A stretch of 64,000 bases of DNA from positions 6,728 to 70,727 of IMG/VR virus record IMGVR_UViG_3300045286_000131, one strand, 5' to 3'. The notes beneath the pieces are model-generated. The model searched no databases, was not told the origin of the DNA, and saw nothing but the letters and a program-made list of their open reading frames with translations. Both the position numbers and the translations under genes were made by a program. Positions 17,672 to 29,200 of the stretch are shown piece after piece; the first letter of the stretch is position 1, and every line of letters begins with the position of its first letter. The DNA is from a virus.

Positions 17672-18565
17672 ATGAAAACCATCCAATCATTGTTTTTATC
17701 ACTGGCCGTTATTTGCCTCGCCATCGGCCCCGCCAGCGCCGGAATTTTCCAGAACTCCGTCACGACGACGAACGATGCCGGCGTTCAAGCGTTCATCGCA
17801 ACGCACCTCCCAACGTCGCCCGACATCGCGTCCACGTTCTATTGCACCAACTACGGACAGATTTTCGGAATCCAGCCGGACGGAACCGTTTTGACGACGA
17901 ACATCTACAACCATTCGTGGTCGTTGACCGATACGAACGGGCAGGTTGCCTACCACACTTGGAACAACGGCACGCTTTTGTTTGCCACCAATGCCTTTGT
18001 CGTGCAGTTCACGAACGCGCCAACGTATTCGCCTACCAACATTAACGGCATCACTTACTGGATTTCAAACTATACCGGCTCCGCAATGATTTTCAGCAAC
18101 GGGCAAGTGTCGGTGGGCGGCTCCGTGATTGATATGTCCGTCTTGGGGCCGGTTCTCGCCCAAGTGACGAACGTATTTACAGCGTTAAACTCTTTTTCAA
18201 ACCAGATTGTAAACGTGGTGTCCAACGGGTTTGCCACGAACAAGCTGTTTGCGGCACCGCTGTCTTACATTTCAAATCCAATTACCATCAATGCGCTTTT
18301 CACGAACTCCTACGGCGTCAGAATCACAGGCGGAATTGATTACTTGCTGGACACGACTACTGGCGGCGGCTCCCACGGCTCGTTTGTTTACACAAACCTG
18401 AGCAACGGAGCGAGCAGCTTGGTTGACCTTTACTCTGCAACATCCGTATCCGGCGGGCGGGTTACGCTTGCCAACAGATTCAACTTCGACATGGGGCCGA
18501 ACGAAGTCATCAAGTTTTACAACACGACGAACTTTACGCTCATATCCAGTTTCATTCTCAAATGA
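17672..18565 (+). CDS. signal-peptide, Thr/Asn-rich beta protein in the tail block
   Basis: MKTIQSLFLSLAVICLAIGPASA leader; many TN dipeptides. Confidence 0.65.
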   Translation: MKTIQSLFLSLAVICLAIGPASAGIFQNSVTTTNDAGVQAFIATHLPTSPDIASTFYCTNYGQIFGIQPDGTVLTTNIYNHSWSLTDTNGQVAYHTWNNGTLLFATNAFVVQFTNAPTYSPTNINGITYWISNYTGSAMIFSNGQVSVGGSVIDMSVLGPVLAQVTNVFTALNSFSNQIVNVVSNGFATNKLFAAPLSYISNPITINALFTNSYGVRITGGIDYLLDTTTGGGSHGSFVYTNLSNGASSLVDLYSATSVSGGRVTLANRFNFDMGPNEVIKFYNTTNFTLISSFILK

Positions 18566-20424
18566 ACTTAAACTTTCCAGAAATCAAAACCGACTCTGCC
18601 GTTGTTCCAGAGATGGAGCCGGAGTTGATTGTGAAGCCGGGCCGGCTGGTGATGGAGGTTGGGCAGGTTGTGAACCTTCAGGCATACACCAGAAATTCAA
18701 TCGGCGAGACGGCGGTTTTGGCTGGCGTCAGGTTTTCCAGCGACAACCCGCTGGTTGTGTCGGTTAATTCAGACGACGGCAGTATCCGGCTTTTGTCGGC
18801 CGGCGCTGCGACCATTCGCGCGCAATGGAAAGACCTTCAGGCGAGTGTGATGGTGACGGTGGTTCAGAGCATGGCCCAGACCCCGTTGAGCTACGCAATC
18901 GCCGTGGACAATTCGCAGTCAATGTCCGGCCGGCTTCCGCTGGCAAAGTTTCTGGCGCAAAGTTTTTACGACAGCATCAATGTCGCCAAGGATTCGGTTT
19001 CGCTTTTGACGTTCACCACGGACAGTCAGGAAATCAAGCCGCTGGCCGAGGACTTGACGCTTTCGGCTCCCGACTTTCAAAACATCCAGCCGTCGGAAGG
19101 CAAGACAAGCATCGCAACCGCGATTGAAGGATGCCTGTCTGAATTTGCCGGTGTGCCGGCCGCGCAAAGAATCATCCTCATCATTTCTGACGGCGGCGAT
19201 TATCTGCTTGAGGACAAGGATGCGATGGACGAAACAATTTCAATCGCCAAAGCGTTCAAGGACTCCGGCGGCATCATCTGTGTGGCCGGCATCTCCGCGT
19301 TCGCCGCCGGATACGACTTGCTGCAAAGAATCGCAACCGAGGGGTTTTTCCTTAACATCAATGCGTCCGGCGATTATTCGACGCAGTATGCCGACAGCGG
19401 AATCGTTTCCGGCTGGATTGGTTTTTTCTGCGGAGCGCAACCGACGCTCGCCTACTCGCCGAAGGCGCAAAAACAATTTGAGCTTCCTTGGGCAGACCCG
19501 GAGGACGGAGGCGCGCAGCCGAAATACGAGGCGGTTTCGACGCGGCGAATTGACGTTGCCGGCGGCTATCAAAACATCAAGGCATTGATCGGCCCGAAGT
19601 CGTTGGCGAGCGGAACGGCAACCGCGTCGTCCGAGTCTCCGGCTGCGCGGGCATTTGCGGCATTCGAGTCTATTGGCAATGGATGGAGTTCTGCGATTGG
19701 AAACAAGGCGGCGTGGCTTCAGTTTCAGTTTCTTGTTCCTCGCCGCGTGCTGGCGTATGAAATCACCTTCCCGTCCAATCCGGCAAGTCTTCCCGCAAGT
19801 TGGGTGTTTCAGGGGAGCCCGGACGGAATCAACTGGTATGCTCTCGACGTGCAGACCGGATTTGTCGCCTTTGCCGGCCAGAAGGTGCGGTTTGAAATCG
19901 CAAACCCGAACGTCACCGTCCAATACTATCAAATCAGCTTCAGTGCGGCGGCAGCGGGCGCGACGGCAGTTGGCGTTGGACGGCTTCAGCTTTACGGCAT
20001 CGGCGACCCCGAAGTTGGCTTCGCACGCTGCTGGTCGTGTCTTAACTTGCAGGACGCGCAAGACAAGGCGTTTGCGCTGGCAGGAATTATCGCGGCGTCA
20101 AAGATGAATCTGAAGCGCCAAAGAATTCCGGGCGTTATTGTCACGCCAAACAGCGGTGCGATTATCAATGGAATCTCCTTGGGGTTTTCAGTCGCCGGCT
20201 ACCCGACCGCGCGAGTGCGTTACACCATCGGCGTTAATGCCCACCCGCAAATCCCGTCGTTTGACGAAGTGGCGTCACAGGCGAATGGAATCGAATGGGA
20301 TGGAAACCCTGTTGTGCTTTCCGTGCCGGCCGGATTCACCGACAAGGTTTACGTTCGCGCCGTTGCGCGCTATCAGGATTATCAGGACAGCATTTACACC
20401 GAAGCCGTGTTTACCCGGCAATAA
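18562..20424 (+). CDS. Ig-like + vWA + discoidin (F5/8-like) multidomain tail protein
   Basis: FSSDNPLVVSVNSDDG (Big_2-like); MIDAS DNSQS..T..ISDG; WLQFQF..PASWVFQGSPDGINW. Confidence 0.8.
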   Translation: MNLNFPEIKTDSAVVPEMEPELIVKPGRLVMEVGQVVNLQAYTRNSIGETAVLAGVRFSSDNPLVVSVNSDDGSIRLLSAGAATIRAQWKDLQASVMVTVVQSMAQTPLSYAIAVDNSQSMSGRLPLAKFLAQSFYDSINVAKDSVSLLTFTTDSQEIKPLAEDLTLSAPDFQNIQPSEGKTSIATAIEGCLSEFAGVPAAQRIILIISDGGDYLLEDKDAMDETISIAKAFKDSGGIICVAGISAFAAGYDLLQRIATEGFFLNINASGDYSTQYADSGIVSGWIGFFCGAQPTLAYSPKAQKQFELPWADPEDGGAQPKYEAVSTRRIDVAGGYQNIKALIGPKSLASGTATASSESPAARAFAAFESIGNGWSSAIGNKAAWLQFQFLVPRRVLAYEITFPSNPASLPASWVFQGSPDGINWYALDVQTGFVAFAGQKVRFEIANPNVTVQYYQISFSAAAAGATAVGVGRLQLYGIGDPEVGFARCWSCLNLQDAQDKAFALAGIIAASKMNLKRQRIPGVIVTPNSGAIINGISLGFSVAGYPTARVRYTIGVNAHPQIPSFDEVASQANGIEWDGNPVVLSVPAGFTDKVYVRAVARYQDYQDSIYTEAVFTRQ

Positions 20425-20439
20425 AGAGAAAGTAAAAAT

Positions 20440-21333
20440 ATGCAATGGCCCTATACGTTCACCAACACGCGCAAGGATTTCTTTGCGAACATTCCGACGG
20501 CCGGATCGTCCTCATGCTCGGCCTTCGCGAAGGCGCTTATCACGCTTCCGTATATGCTTTTCCAACTTGTCCGCACGATGATTGACGAGGGCGGGAACAT
20601 GACGGCGACATATCTCTCCATGATTTACTCGCCCGGCGACATCAAGCTTTCCGCCGCAAATCTGGCCGGCGGTGTCCAGAAGGGTTCATGGCTGGCCTGC
20701 GATGGCGGCGTTTACTTAAAGACTGCGTATCCCGACTTATACGCAGCCATTGGCGATATTTACGCCACCCAGACAAACCCAAACATTCTTGACGCGAACG
20801 GAAACATTGTCCCCGTTCAACCACTTCAGGCCGGATACTTTCGTGTCCCTGACATGAGGGGGCTTGCGCCGGTTGGAGTCGGATCGCTTGCGGTTGGAGG
20901 CTCCGTTGTCTTGGGAAATTCCGGCGGCGAGTCCGCGCACAGGCTTGTTGTGAGCGAGTTGGCACCCCACGAACACGACTTGTTTCTGACGCACGGACTG
21001 ACGAACACCAGCACCGTGACGGCGTATGCGCCGATTGGAAACGGGGCGTCGGTTGGAACCATCGGGCTTACGCAGTTTCAGTATCCGCAGGACATTCAAT
21101 CCTACTCTCCGACCTACAAGCCGGCCCAGCCTGACGGCGTGCAGAAGGCCGGCGGCATTCAGGTTGCACAGACTGAATCCGACGCGCAGCAATTCGGAAC
21201 CGACCAGAATTATTATGCGGCGAAAAAGCACAACAATATGCAGCCGTATATCGGGGTGAATTTTTACATTTTTGCCGGCGTGCCGGTTACAGTGAACACG
21301 CCTTCGCCCGACCAAACGCTTACGCCAATCTGA
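20440..21333 (+). CDS. tail collar domain protein
   Basis: WLACDG..YPDLYAAIG..FRVPDMRG..HNNMQPYIGVNFYI. Confidence 0.85.
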   Translation: MQWPYTFTNTRKDFFANIPTAGSSSCSAFAKALITLPYMLFQLVRTMIDEGGNMTATYLSMIYSPGDIKLSAANLAGGVQKGSWLACDGGVYLKTAYPDLYAAIGDIYATQTNPNILDANGNIVPVQPLQAGYFRVPDMRGLAPVGVGSLAVGGSVVLGNSGGESAHRLVVSELAPHEHDLFLTHGLTNTSTVTAYAPIGNGASVGTIGLTQFQYPQDIQSYSPTYKPAQPDGVQKAGGIQVAQTESDAQQFGTDQNYYAAKKHNNMQPYIGVNFYIFAGVPVTVNTPSPDQTLTPI

Positions 21334-21336
21334 GCA

Positions 21337-23316
21337 ATGCCAAACGCATCCAAGCCAGACAAGATTGCGCCGCTTACCGGAATTCTTGACACGCGCTCGC
21401 AGCCTGACGAGATGCCGCCGGGAAGCCTGCGCTGGCGGCAGAACATTCAGGCGGTAAACGAGCGGACGAGCCGCCGTGGATGCGGGTGGTCAAAGCTGCT
21501 TTCCGCGTCGAACTATAACAACGCCGACTTCCACGACCAGCTTCTTGCGATTGCTGGAACGCAGCGTGAGCCGATTACGTTTCAGGCGGAACTGGAACCG
21601 TCCGACGGAGCGCGGTATCTTTTCATTGGAACGCAGTCGCGCATTTTCCAGTTGAACCCATACAGCGGAAATTATTCGCTGATTGCGAGCGGCATGGGTG
21701 GCGGGCCGGGTATTGACTGCGCCGGCCCAAGGTTTCAGGTTTCACCGATTGGCGACTACGCGATTTTCACCAACGGATACGACGCGCCGTTTTATCATAT
21801 CATTGACCAGCCGCAGAATCCGTCTGGCTCTTCGGTGAATCAAATAACCGACCTCGCGCTAATCGGCCTTCAGTCTGCAAAAAAGACTTGGGTTTGGCGT
21901 GACTGCGTTTTTCTCGCCAATGTGCAAATGGGCGGGGTGAGCGCGCCATACCGGATGGTTTGGAGCGACTACCAAAATCCGACATCTTTCGACCCGTCCG
22001 TTGCCGGCTCAATTGCCGGATACCTCGACCTTCCTTTCGGGGAAGAGATTCTTGCTGGCATGGCGTTTGCAAACTCGTTCCTGATTTACACCACGAAATC
22101 AATATGGGAATTGTATGTCAACGCGACCGGAACATTTCAGGTGAAGCAGATGTCTGGAATCAGCGAGCAGAACTGCCTTCGGTTTGAAAACACGCTCGTT
22201 AATGTCGGCGACGGGCATCTCTACATGGGAAGGGACAGGATTTATTTTTTCAACCAGTTCATGTCGGAGCCGGATCAAATTGAGTGGCTGCATCTCGCCG
22301 ACAATCCGCTGTATGCAAACCTTGATGCCGATGCCTGCCGCGCCAACGTGGCGGCGTATGTAAACAACGAGGTTCTTATTTCGGTTCTGACGAACGACTC
22401 GAAAAACAACTGCCCAGACATCACGATTCGGATTAACCGGCAGTATCGCCATGCGGACATTATTGACCACGGATTCACGTCCCTTGTTTCATTCCGGCCG
22501 CAGCTTGTTCCTTCGTTCAGGGACTTTTTGGTTGACCAAGGAATCTGCACGCTTCAAGGAATGGCCGACAACGGAATTGGTTTTGCGAACGAGGGCTTGC
22601 CGCGCGCAGTCAAGCCGTCCGCGCCGTTTTCGCCGACGTGCGTTTACACCCACGCCGTCAAACAGTATCCGGGCATAGGACTCGAAGACCTAAGCCAGCC
22701 GACGCCGGCAGCGGACTCGCTTTGCGCGTTGCTGAATCAGGACGGATACGCCGGGCTTTCGGACTTCAAGCCGGCCTGCAACCCGGAGGCGATACTGGTT
22801 GGCGTTTCATCCGAAGACTGGTGCCTGAAGCAAATCGGCGGCGTCTTCTATCGCGAGCGTTGTGCTAATCCAACGGCCGTCGGCTCGACCGGAACGCTTG
22901 GATACTCCGCGTCCGTCGGAGCTTACATTCTGGATGGCTATGATTCGATTTTTGTCTTCCCGCCAATGTGGGTGCTGGACTCCGTTGTGACGATTTCCAA
23001 GGTGAGGTTTAATTACATCGCCGCCCAGCAGGCCGCGCCTTCAAAAGTCGCTCTTCAGATTGGAATTTCCGGTCAGGTTGCCGACGCCAACTCCGGCAGT
23101 TGCGGAATTAAATGGCAGTCCATGTCGAACAAGCCAATGGTTTGCATGACAAAGGAAATTAGCGACAAAACATCACCGTCGGCAGACCTGCAATGGAACT
23201 TCCTTTTCACTGGAAAATTTTTGCATTTGAGGCTTCAAATAAACGGAACTGGCGGTGACTGTCTGTTGAGCGGAATTCAGGCGGATGTCAGCGGCGGTGT
23301 CGTCAGAAACTACTGA
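21337..23316 (+). CDS. probable tail nozzle / tubular protein B-like
   Basis: 659 aa beta-rich (propeller-like) protein preceding the ejection-type genes. Confidence 0.55.
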   Translation: MPNASKPDKIAPLTGILDTRSQPDEMPPGSLRWRQNIQAVNERTSRRGCGWSKLLSASNYNNADFHDQLLAIAGTQREPITFQAELEPSDGARYLFIGTQSRIFQLNPYSGNYSLIASGMGGGPGIDCAGPRFQVSPIGDYAIFTNGYDAPFYHIIDQPQNPSGSSVNQITDLALIGLQSAKKTWVWRDCVFLANVQMGGVSAPYRMVWSDYQNPTSFDPSVAGSIAGYLDLPFGEEILAGMAFANSFLIYTTKSIWELYVNATGTFQVKQMSGISEQNCLRFENTLVNVGDGHLYMGRDRIYFFNQFMSEPDQIEWLHLADNPLYANLDADACRANVAAYVNNEVLISVLTNDSKNNCPDITIRINRQYRHADIIDHGFTSLVSFRPQLVPSFRDFLVDQGICTLQGMADNGIGFANEGLPRAVKPSAPFSPTCVYTHAVKQYPGIGLEDLSQPTPAADSLCALLNQDGYAGLSDFKPACNPEAILVGVSSEDWCLKQIGGVFYRERCANPTAVGSTGTLGYSASVGAYILDGYDSIFVFPPMWVLDSVVTISKVRFNYIAAQQAAPSKVALQIGISGQVADANSGSCGIKWQSMSNKPMVCMTKEISDKTSPSADLQWNFLFTGKFLHLRLQINGTGGDCLLSGIQADVSGGVVRNY

Positions 23317-23321
23317 ATTTT

Positions 23322-23528
23322 ATGGCTACAAAACCATCGCCGCTTACAAGCTTCTCACCCGGAAGCGCGTCCAACAAATTCCAGCTAGACCAGCTTCCAA
23401 GTCTTCACGAACACGTCTCGTCGAGCGGGTTAATGGACGGATTGAAGTCGTTTGACGCGGCGATGCGCGACTGGAAGCAGAATGCCGAAATGAACATCAG
23501 CGAGGCGCTTAACGGGAAGCAGGGTTAA
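23322..23528 (+). CDS. hypothetical protein
   Basis: 68 aa ORF in the operon. Confidence 0.55.
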   Translation: MATKPSPLTSFSPGSASNKFQLDQLPSLHEHVSSSGLMDGLKSFDAAMRDWKQNAEMNISEALNGKQG

Positions 23529-23545
23529 AAATCGCGGAAATTCAA

Positions 23546-24142
23546 TTGTCGAGCCTCGGTTTGCGTGGTAAAAGAGCATTGTTGAATGCCAACGTCCAAC
23601 CTTCATCCGCTGCCGGCCAAGACGCAAAATTGGTTGAAATAGATGCTCTGGTTGACGGCATCGTGGCGCACGGCCAGCGGCTTCAGAAAATCCAGAATCC
23701 GTTTGATGGAATCACCGACGAGCAGCTTGACCGGCTTGAAGCAAGGATGCTTCAGCTTCCGCAAATCGAAGCTGGAATAAGCCACACGTTCACGCCGAAG
23801 ACGTATGTGCGCGAAGGAACAATGCGGGCCGGCGGAATTTACCTTGGTCATTACCACAAGGAGCGCCATGTTTGCGTTGTGCTTACCGGCCGGATGCTGC
23901 TTTTGAACCGCGACCGGACGACGACGGAGATTATCGCGCCGTGTGTTTTTATGGGCGAGCCGGGGCGCAAATTGGTTTACATCCAAGAGGATGTTTTGAT
24001 GCAGAACATCCACGAAACCGAAAAGTGGCCGAAGGAGCTTTTCGAGGATGTCGCCAAAATGGAGGAACATCTTTACGCAAAGACCGATGCGTGGCGCGCG
24101 GCAAACGCGCTGAAATCGGATTCAAAAAAGGAAATCGCATGA
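23546..24142 (+). CDS. cupin-like phage protein
   Basis: HTFTPKTYVRE..G.YLGHYHK..H..VVLTG..PG-RK..ED; start codon uncertain. Confidence 0.6.
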   Translation: MSSLGLRGKRALLNANVQPSSAAGQDAKLVEIDALVDGIVAHGQRLQKIQNPFDGITDEQLDRLEARMLQLPQIEAGISHTFTPKTYVREGTMRAGGIYLGHYHKERHVCVVLTGRMLLLNRDRTTTEIIAPCVFMGEPGRKLVYIQEDVLMQNIHETEKWPKELFEDVAKMEEHLYAKTDAWRAANALKSDSKKEIA

Positions 24143-25233
24143 ATCAGAATTTTTATTTTCAGCCGCGCAACTTCCGGCACGAATTGGCGGAAAAAGAAGG
24201 CTGCGCGCCGCGACAATCATGCAAGCCGAATTTGAGTTGCGGGATTGGTGTCGCAACCGGCATTGGGCTTACCGCCGGACTCGGAATCGTCGGCGGAGTC
24301 GCTGGGATTGGTGGAAGTCTTGCGAGCGGGCTTGGCGCTGGAAGCGGAACAACCAGCGGAACAGACATCGTAAAAAGCCCGATGATTCAGGCCGACATCT
24401 CCGGCATGAATAGCCAATTCAATCGGGACAACAAGCTGAACCGAGTTGACCTGAACCAATACATCAAGGAGATGATGGCGAACACTCCTGAAGTCGGAAA
24501 ATGGACGGATCAGGAAATCGCGGCGATTGACCCCTATTTCAACGGCAACATGGAGGCGCAGCTTGCGGCGCTTCGCGCGGATTCAACGGTTGCGAGCCGC
24601 GAGGCGGTTGCCCGCGCGCTGGCGGATTATCGCGGGAATCAAAACCGGAGTCTGATGGCGACCGGCGCTCCCGGCGCGAGCGAATACACCGGCCGGCAGG
24701 CAATCACGGCAGAAACGAACGCCGACCTTGCAAGCCGGTTGCAAGACATCGCGCAAGCACGAAACGACCTCGGATACTTGAGCGGTCAAAAAATCGCTTT
24801 GGCTGGACGGCGCTCACAGCTTGCGGACGCTCTGGCCGGACGCGCTATGGTTGGCGTCAATGCCCGCCAGCAACTCGACCAGACGCAGGCGGGGCTAATT
24901 AGCGCACTGACCAACATGGATCAGCAAAACAACATTTACGGGACAAAATACACACCATCCACACTCGAAAAAGTTGGCAGCGCATTAAGTTCCGTCGGCA
25001 GCGGGCTTGGCGGCGTGGGAAGCCTGCTTGGCGACATGGGTGGCGGCTCTCCGGGTCAGGGTGGCATGGTTGCGTCCGAAATGTCCGGTGGCGCGTCTCC
25101 GTATAACTCCGCTTCGATTGCGTCCTACAAAAACGGCAGCTTCAACCAAAGCGGAATTCCGGCGCTCAATTATCCCAGCCAAGGTGGCGGCGGGTTGAAC
25201 GACATCATCCAAGGAACCGCATTCGCATTCTAA
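24139..25233 (+). CDS. probable DNA ejection/pilot protein
   Basis: Gly-rich hydrophobic N-terminal segment, Ala/Gln helical core, Gly-rich tail; ATG overlaps the upstream stop. Confidence 0.55.
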   Translation: MNQNFYFQPRNFRHELAEKEGCAPRQSCKPNLSCGIGVATGIGLTAGLGIVGGVAGIGGSLASGLGAGSGTTSGTDIVKSPMIQADISGMNSQFNRDNKLNRVDLNQYIKEMMANTPEVGKWTDQEIAAIDPYFNGNMEAQLAALRADSTVASREAVARALADYRGNQNRSLMATGAPGASEYTGRQAITAETNADLASRLQDIAQARNDLGYLSGQKIALAGRRSQLADALAGRAMVGVNARQQLDQTQAGLISALTNMDQQNNIYGTKYTPSTLEKVGSALSSVGSGLGGVGSLLGDMGGGSPGQGGMVASEMSGGASPYNSASIASYKNGSFNQSGIPALNYPSQGGGGLNDIIQGTAFAF

Positions 25234-25237
25234 CTTT

Positions 25238-26179
25238 ATGCCATTCTACGGAAACACCCCCGCCGAAGCGCAGCAGGCATACTTCGCGCAAGATGCCGCG
25301 CGCCGAGCCGAGCTTGCTCAGGCGATTCAAACCATCGTCAACAATCGTCGCCAGCAGCAGGCGATTAACTACCAGCAACAGCAGGACGCGCTTAACCGAC
25401 AACTTTCACAGGAGCAGCTTCGCCGCGAGGCTTTGCGTGACGCCATGACGGCTCAGTGGCACCAAGACGAGGTTGCCCGCCAAAACGCCGCGCTGGCCGA
25501 ACAGAAGCGGCAATTCGACATTGCTGAAGCGGACAGCAAGGCGAATCCTCCGGGCAAGGCAAAGGCTGACGCTGACAAGGTGAAGACCGAAAACGAGCGC
25601 GCGGCCGGCGATGCCCAAAACGGCCAGCTTGGCGATCCTGAAGATTACGAAATCCCGCCAGAGCATTACGCCCTTCACCAGCAAACACAGAATCAATACG
25701 AGCAAATTTTCGGCAAGGCGGCGGATGCGGCAGACGCCGGAAACCGGCTGGCGAAAATCAAGGACGACGCAGCCGCCGTTAAGCCGGTGGCTAACCAGCA
25801 TTGGTATAATTTTCTCTGGAATGGAGTTCCGGCCGCAAGCGTGATGCAACCGACCGACGCAGCCATCTCGAAGCGCGCCGTTTTGGCGAACGTCATTGCC
25901 GCAGCCCAGAAGGGCGGGGCAATCGTCCAAGACCCGCGCACCGGCCAATACGTTCCGGCAATGCCCGCCCCCCGCCGCCGGCCCGTAGCTGCCGATGATG
26001 GCGCGGATGAAAGCGATTCGGTTTACGACGAGGCCGAGCAGCCGGCCGCAGCGGAGGCGACTCCATCCAAAAAGCCGGTGACGTTCAAGGACAAAACCGG
26101 AAAGACGTTCAAATACACCGGCACGGCCAGCGACCCGACCAAAGACCGGAATCCCGACAATTGGGAACTGGTTAAATAA
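25238..26179 (+). CDS. probable ejection/internal virion protein
   Basis: Gln/Ala-rich coiled coil, located before the giant proteins. Confidence 0.5.
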   Translation: MPFYGNTPAEAQQAYFAQDAARRAELAQAIQTIVNNRRQQQAINYQQQQDALNRQLSQEQLRREALRDAMTAQWHQDEVARQNAALAEQKRQFDIAEADSKANPPGKAKADADKVKTENERAAGDAQNGQLGDPEDYEIPPEHYALHQQTQNQYEQIFGKAADAADAGNRLAKIKDDAAAVKPVANQHWYNFLWNGVPAASVMQPTDAAISKRAVLANVIAAAQKGGAIVQDPRTGQYVPAMPAPRRRPVAADDGADESDSVYDEAEQPAAAEATPSKKPVTFKDKTGKTFKYTGTASDPTKDRNPDNWELVK

Positions 26180-26222
26180 GTTTTGATTGATTTCGCGGGA
26201 AAACGAAGGCATAACATTCCTT

Positions 26223-29200
26223 ATGCCGCTACCGGACTTCGATTCACTTCAGCCAGCAACGGAATCTCCATCGAAACCGGCGGAAAAATTGTCGCCGGAT
26301 TTTGAATCGCTGAAGCCGGCACCGGACTTCGATTCGCTCGCGCCGGCAGATGCGGAAGGCGAGAAACCATCGCCCCTCAAAATTGCAGCCAAGCCCGTTC
26401 CGCGCTCAAGCGAAGAGTTGGGCGCTCAAAACTTTGCCGGTGAATCATCCGTCATCAAAGACATCAAGCCCGCATTCATTCAGGCGATGCAGCAGCACGT
26501 TAAGACGCCCGAAGACAAGGCGCGTCTTGACGCATTGGTGAAGGCCAAGTTCGACACCGAGAAGCTTCCCAGATCCGGCGTTGTTGGTGATGCCGTTACG
26601 GCTGCGATGCAAGGCCCGTTTGAGGCGCTTGGAGACATGAAAAAGTTCGCCGACGTTGAATCGCTTTGGAACGAACGCGAACAGCAGCGCAAGCTTTACA
26701 ACCAGACCGTTGAAAAATACCACGACCAATTAACCAAGGATGGAAAAGCGCCGAGCGAACTGGAGCCGCCGTCGGCAACCGACAAAATCGGCAGGCTCGC
26801 GTTTGGTGTGGCGCACGGCGCGGCCGGACTTGGCGACTTCATCGCGTCTCCATTCGGCGTGATAACCGGCGAGCTTTCGGCGATACCGGAAACGGCGCTG
26901 GCAAAATCTCCGCTGGCAAGAAACGCCGTGAATGTCGTCCAGAACGCTTTCAGCCTTGGATTCGGAGCGCAGATGGCAAGCGCGCTGCCAGCGGAGGTTT
27001 CCGAGCTTTACGACGAGGCAATGAAGCCGGAAAAAGACCGCGATTGGGCGAAAGTTGGCGCGCTGGCAATCTCGACGGCGACGACTCCGTTTTTCGCAAA
27101 GATGGCGATTCAGCACGGATTGCGGACGAAGCTCGACCGTGTTTACGCGCAGTTGAATGAGCAGGTTTCCAACACACAGCTTGACCCGCGCTTTGCCTAC
27201 GGGGCCGGCTTCGGAATTCCAGCGCCGCAAAAAGCAGCGGTCGAAAAAAGCCAGCCTCAAACCGAATGGTATTTCGATCCGAAGACGGAAAAACTTTTTC
27301 GAGTCCTAAACCTATCAACCAAGAAAGGAGCGCAAAATGCCCCTGATACAATCGTCGAGCCGCCAAGCGTTCAGCAGGAACGTGGCGGAATTAATGAAGA
27401 GCGGGAAACGTCCACAGAAACAGGCGGTGGCAATCGCCTACCGGGTGAAGGAGGGGGTGAAGAACCACCGCAAGTCGTCACTCCGCCGCAAGAAGAAAAG
27501 CCGGCGCTAAACGAGCGCGACAAAAAGATTTTGGTGCCGCTAACACGCGAGCGCAACCGGCTCGTCATGGAAGGCGCTTCACAGGTTGACCCGCGCGTAG
27601 TCGCATTGGACGCGCAGATAAAACATCACCTTGAAGAGAATCGCCAGACAGCCGCAAACGAAATTGAGATGGCTTCCGTAAAGCCGGAAGACATTCAAAG
27701 CCTTCGGCTCACTCCCGCGTTGATGGTGGATGGAAAGCCGGTGACTGGCGGGGCAAACCACAACGCAATCTACGAAAAGCTTGTGGCCGAAGCCAAGGCG
27801 CGCGGAAGCAAGTCGGCGGAAGCGGACGCGCACGAAGCGAAGCTGGATGACAGCGCGCACGTTTTCATTGACCGCGCCGGCAGGATTCAAACCCGCGAAA
27901 CCGCCAAGCCGATTCTGTCCAAGATGCTTGGCAAGGAAATCACTGACCCGGTTCACAGTGAGATGATACCGGACAGGTTTAAGGATTTGCCGAAGCCGGC
28001 GGAGCCATCTGGAAACATCCTTCCAAAATTTGACGAGCCAAAAAAAGGCATCTCGACATGGTATTCCGGCGGCTCCGAAGAGGCGGAGGGTGGGATTGGT
28101 GATTTCTGGCTGGCGAGCGACAAGGAAACTGCCGACGCGAGCGCGCGTCGAAAAGGAGGCACCACAAAGCAATATGCGGTGGATACTTCCGGCTTTCAGG
28201 TTAAGAAAATCCCAAAGAAATATGACCCTACGGATTGGCTTGATGGAACCGACCATGAAGCAGTTGAAAAAGCTAGGGAATCTGGCAAAAAAGGAATTGT
28301 TGTTACAAACGGCAAAGATTCGGTTGTTGTTGTGTTTGAGGGAAACGCGGAGCTTGTAAAACCAACCCAAGAATCTTCCCCCGCTTCAACGCCCGTTCTC
28401 CCGGCTCCCCCGGTCGCACCGGCAGTCGAGCCAACTAAAGGGATTGAGGCGGGGACTCCGCCTTCGGAAAAGAAAACACAGGAAGACGTCGTTCGCGAAG
28501 CGTTGCAGTCCGGCCCGAAGTCGCTCAAGCAGCTTGCGGACGAACTGGACATCATCAACCACAACATCCGCCGCATCCTTGGCGTCGGCGCAAAGGCCGG
28601 AAAGTTTGAACGCATTGCGAGAGGTGTTTACGCGCTCAAAAACAAAAACGGCTCGTATATCTACGCGCAGTCCACCGACGCGATACTGGCAATGCCGGAA
28701 CTGGCCGCGCGAGGCGTGAAGGCGGATTTTCTTTTTCTCGACCCGCCCTACAAGACGGCGGCTATCATGGGCGGCAATCGCGGCATCAAGGCATACGCGA
28801 TGATAACGCCGGAAGACTTCAACAAGATTGTCGCGGCGGCGAAGGTGATGATGCGGACTCCCGACTCGCCGGTTTATTATATGTATTCGCAGGCTCCATC
28901 CGGCCTGAAGGATATGCAGAAATACACCGACGCATTTGTTCAAAATGGTTTTACGCTGGTGGCAAAGGGCGGATGGACGAAGACTTTCAAGGACGGCAGG
29001 CCGGTGACGAATGTTCGCGGCAAGGTTTCAGAGCCGGAGGGAATCGCGCTGTTCACGCTGTCTGGAAAAACCGACGCGAAGCCGCTGCCGTCGCTGAACT
29101 TCAAATCCGTTCGCCCGCCGGTTGCCGGCGAAGGCGGCAGGCAGTCGCAAAAGCCGACGGAACTTTATTCCAAGTTGATTGGATTTCACGCCGACGAACT

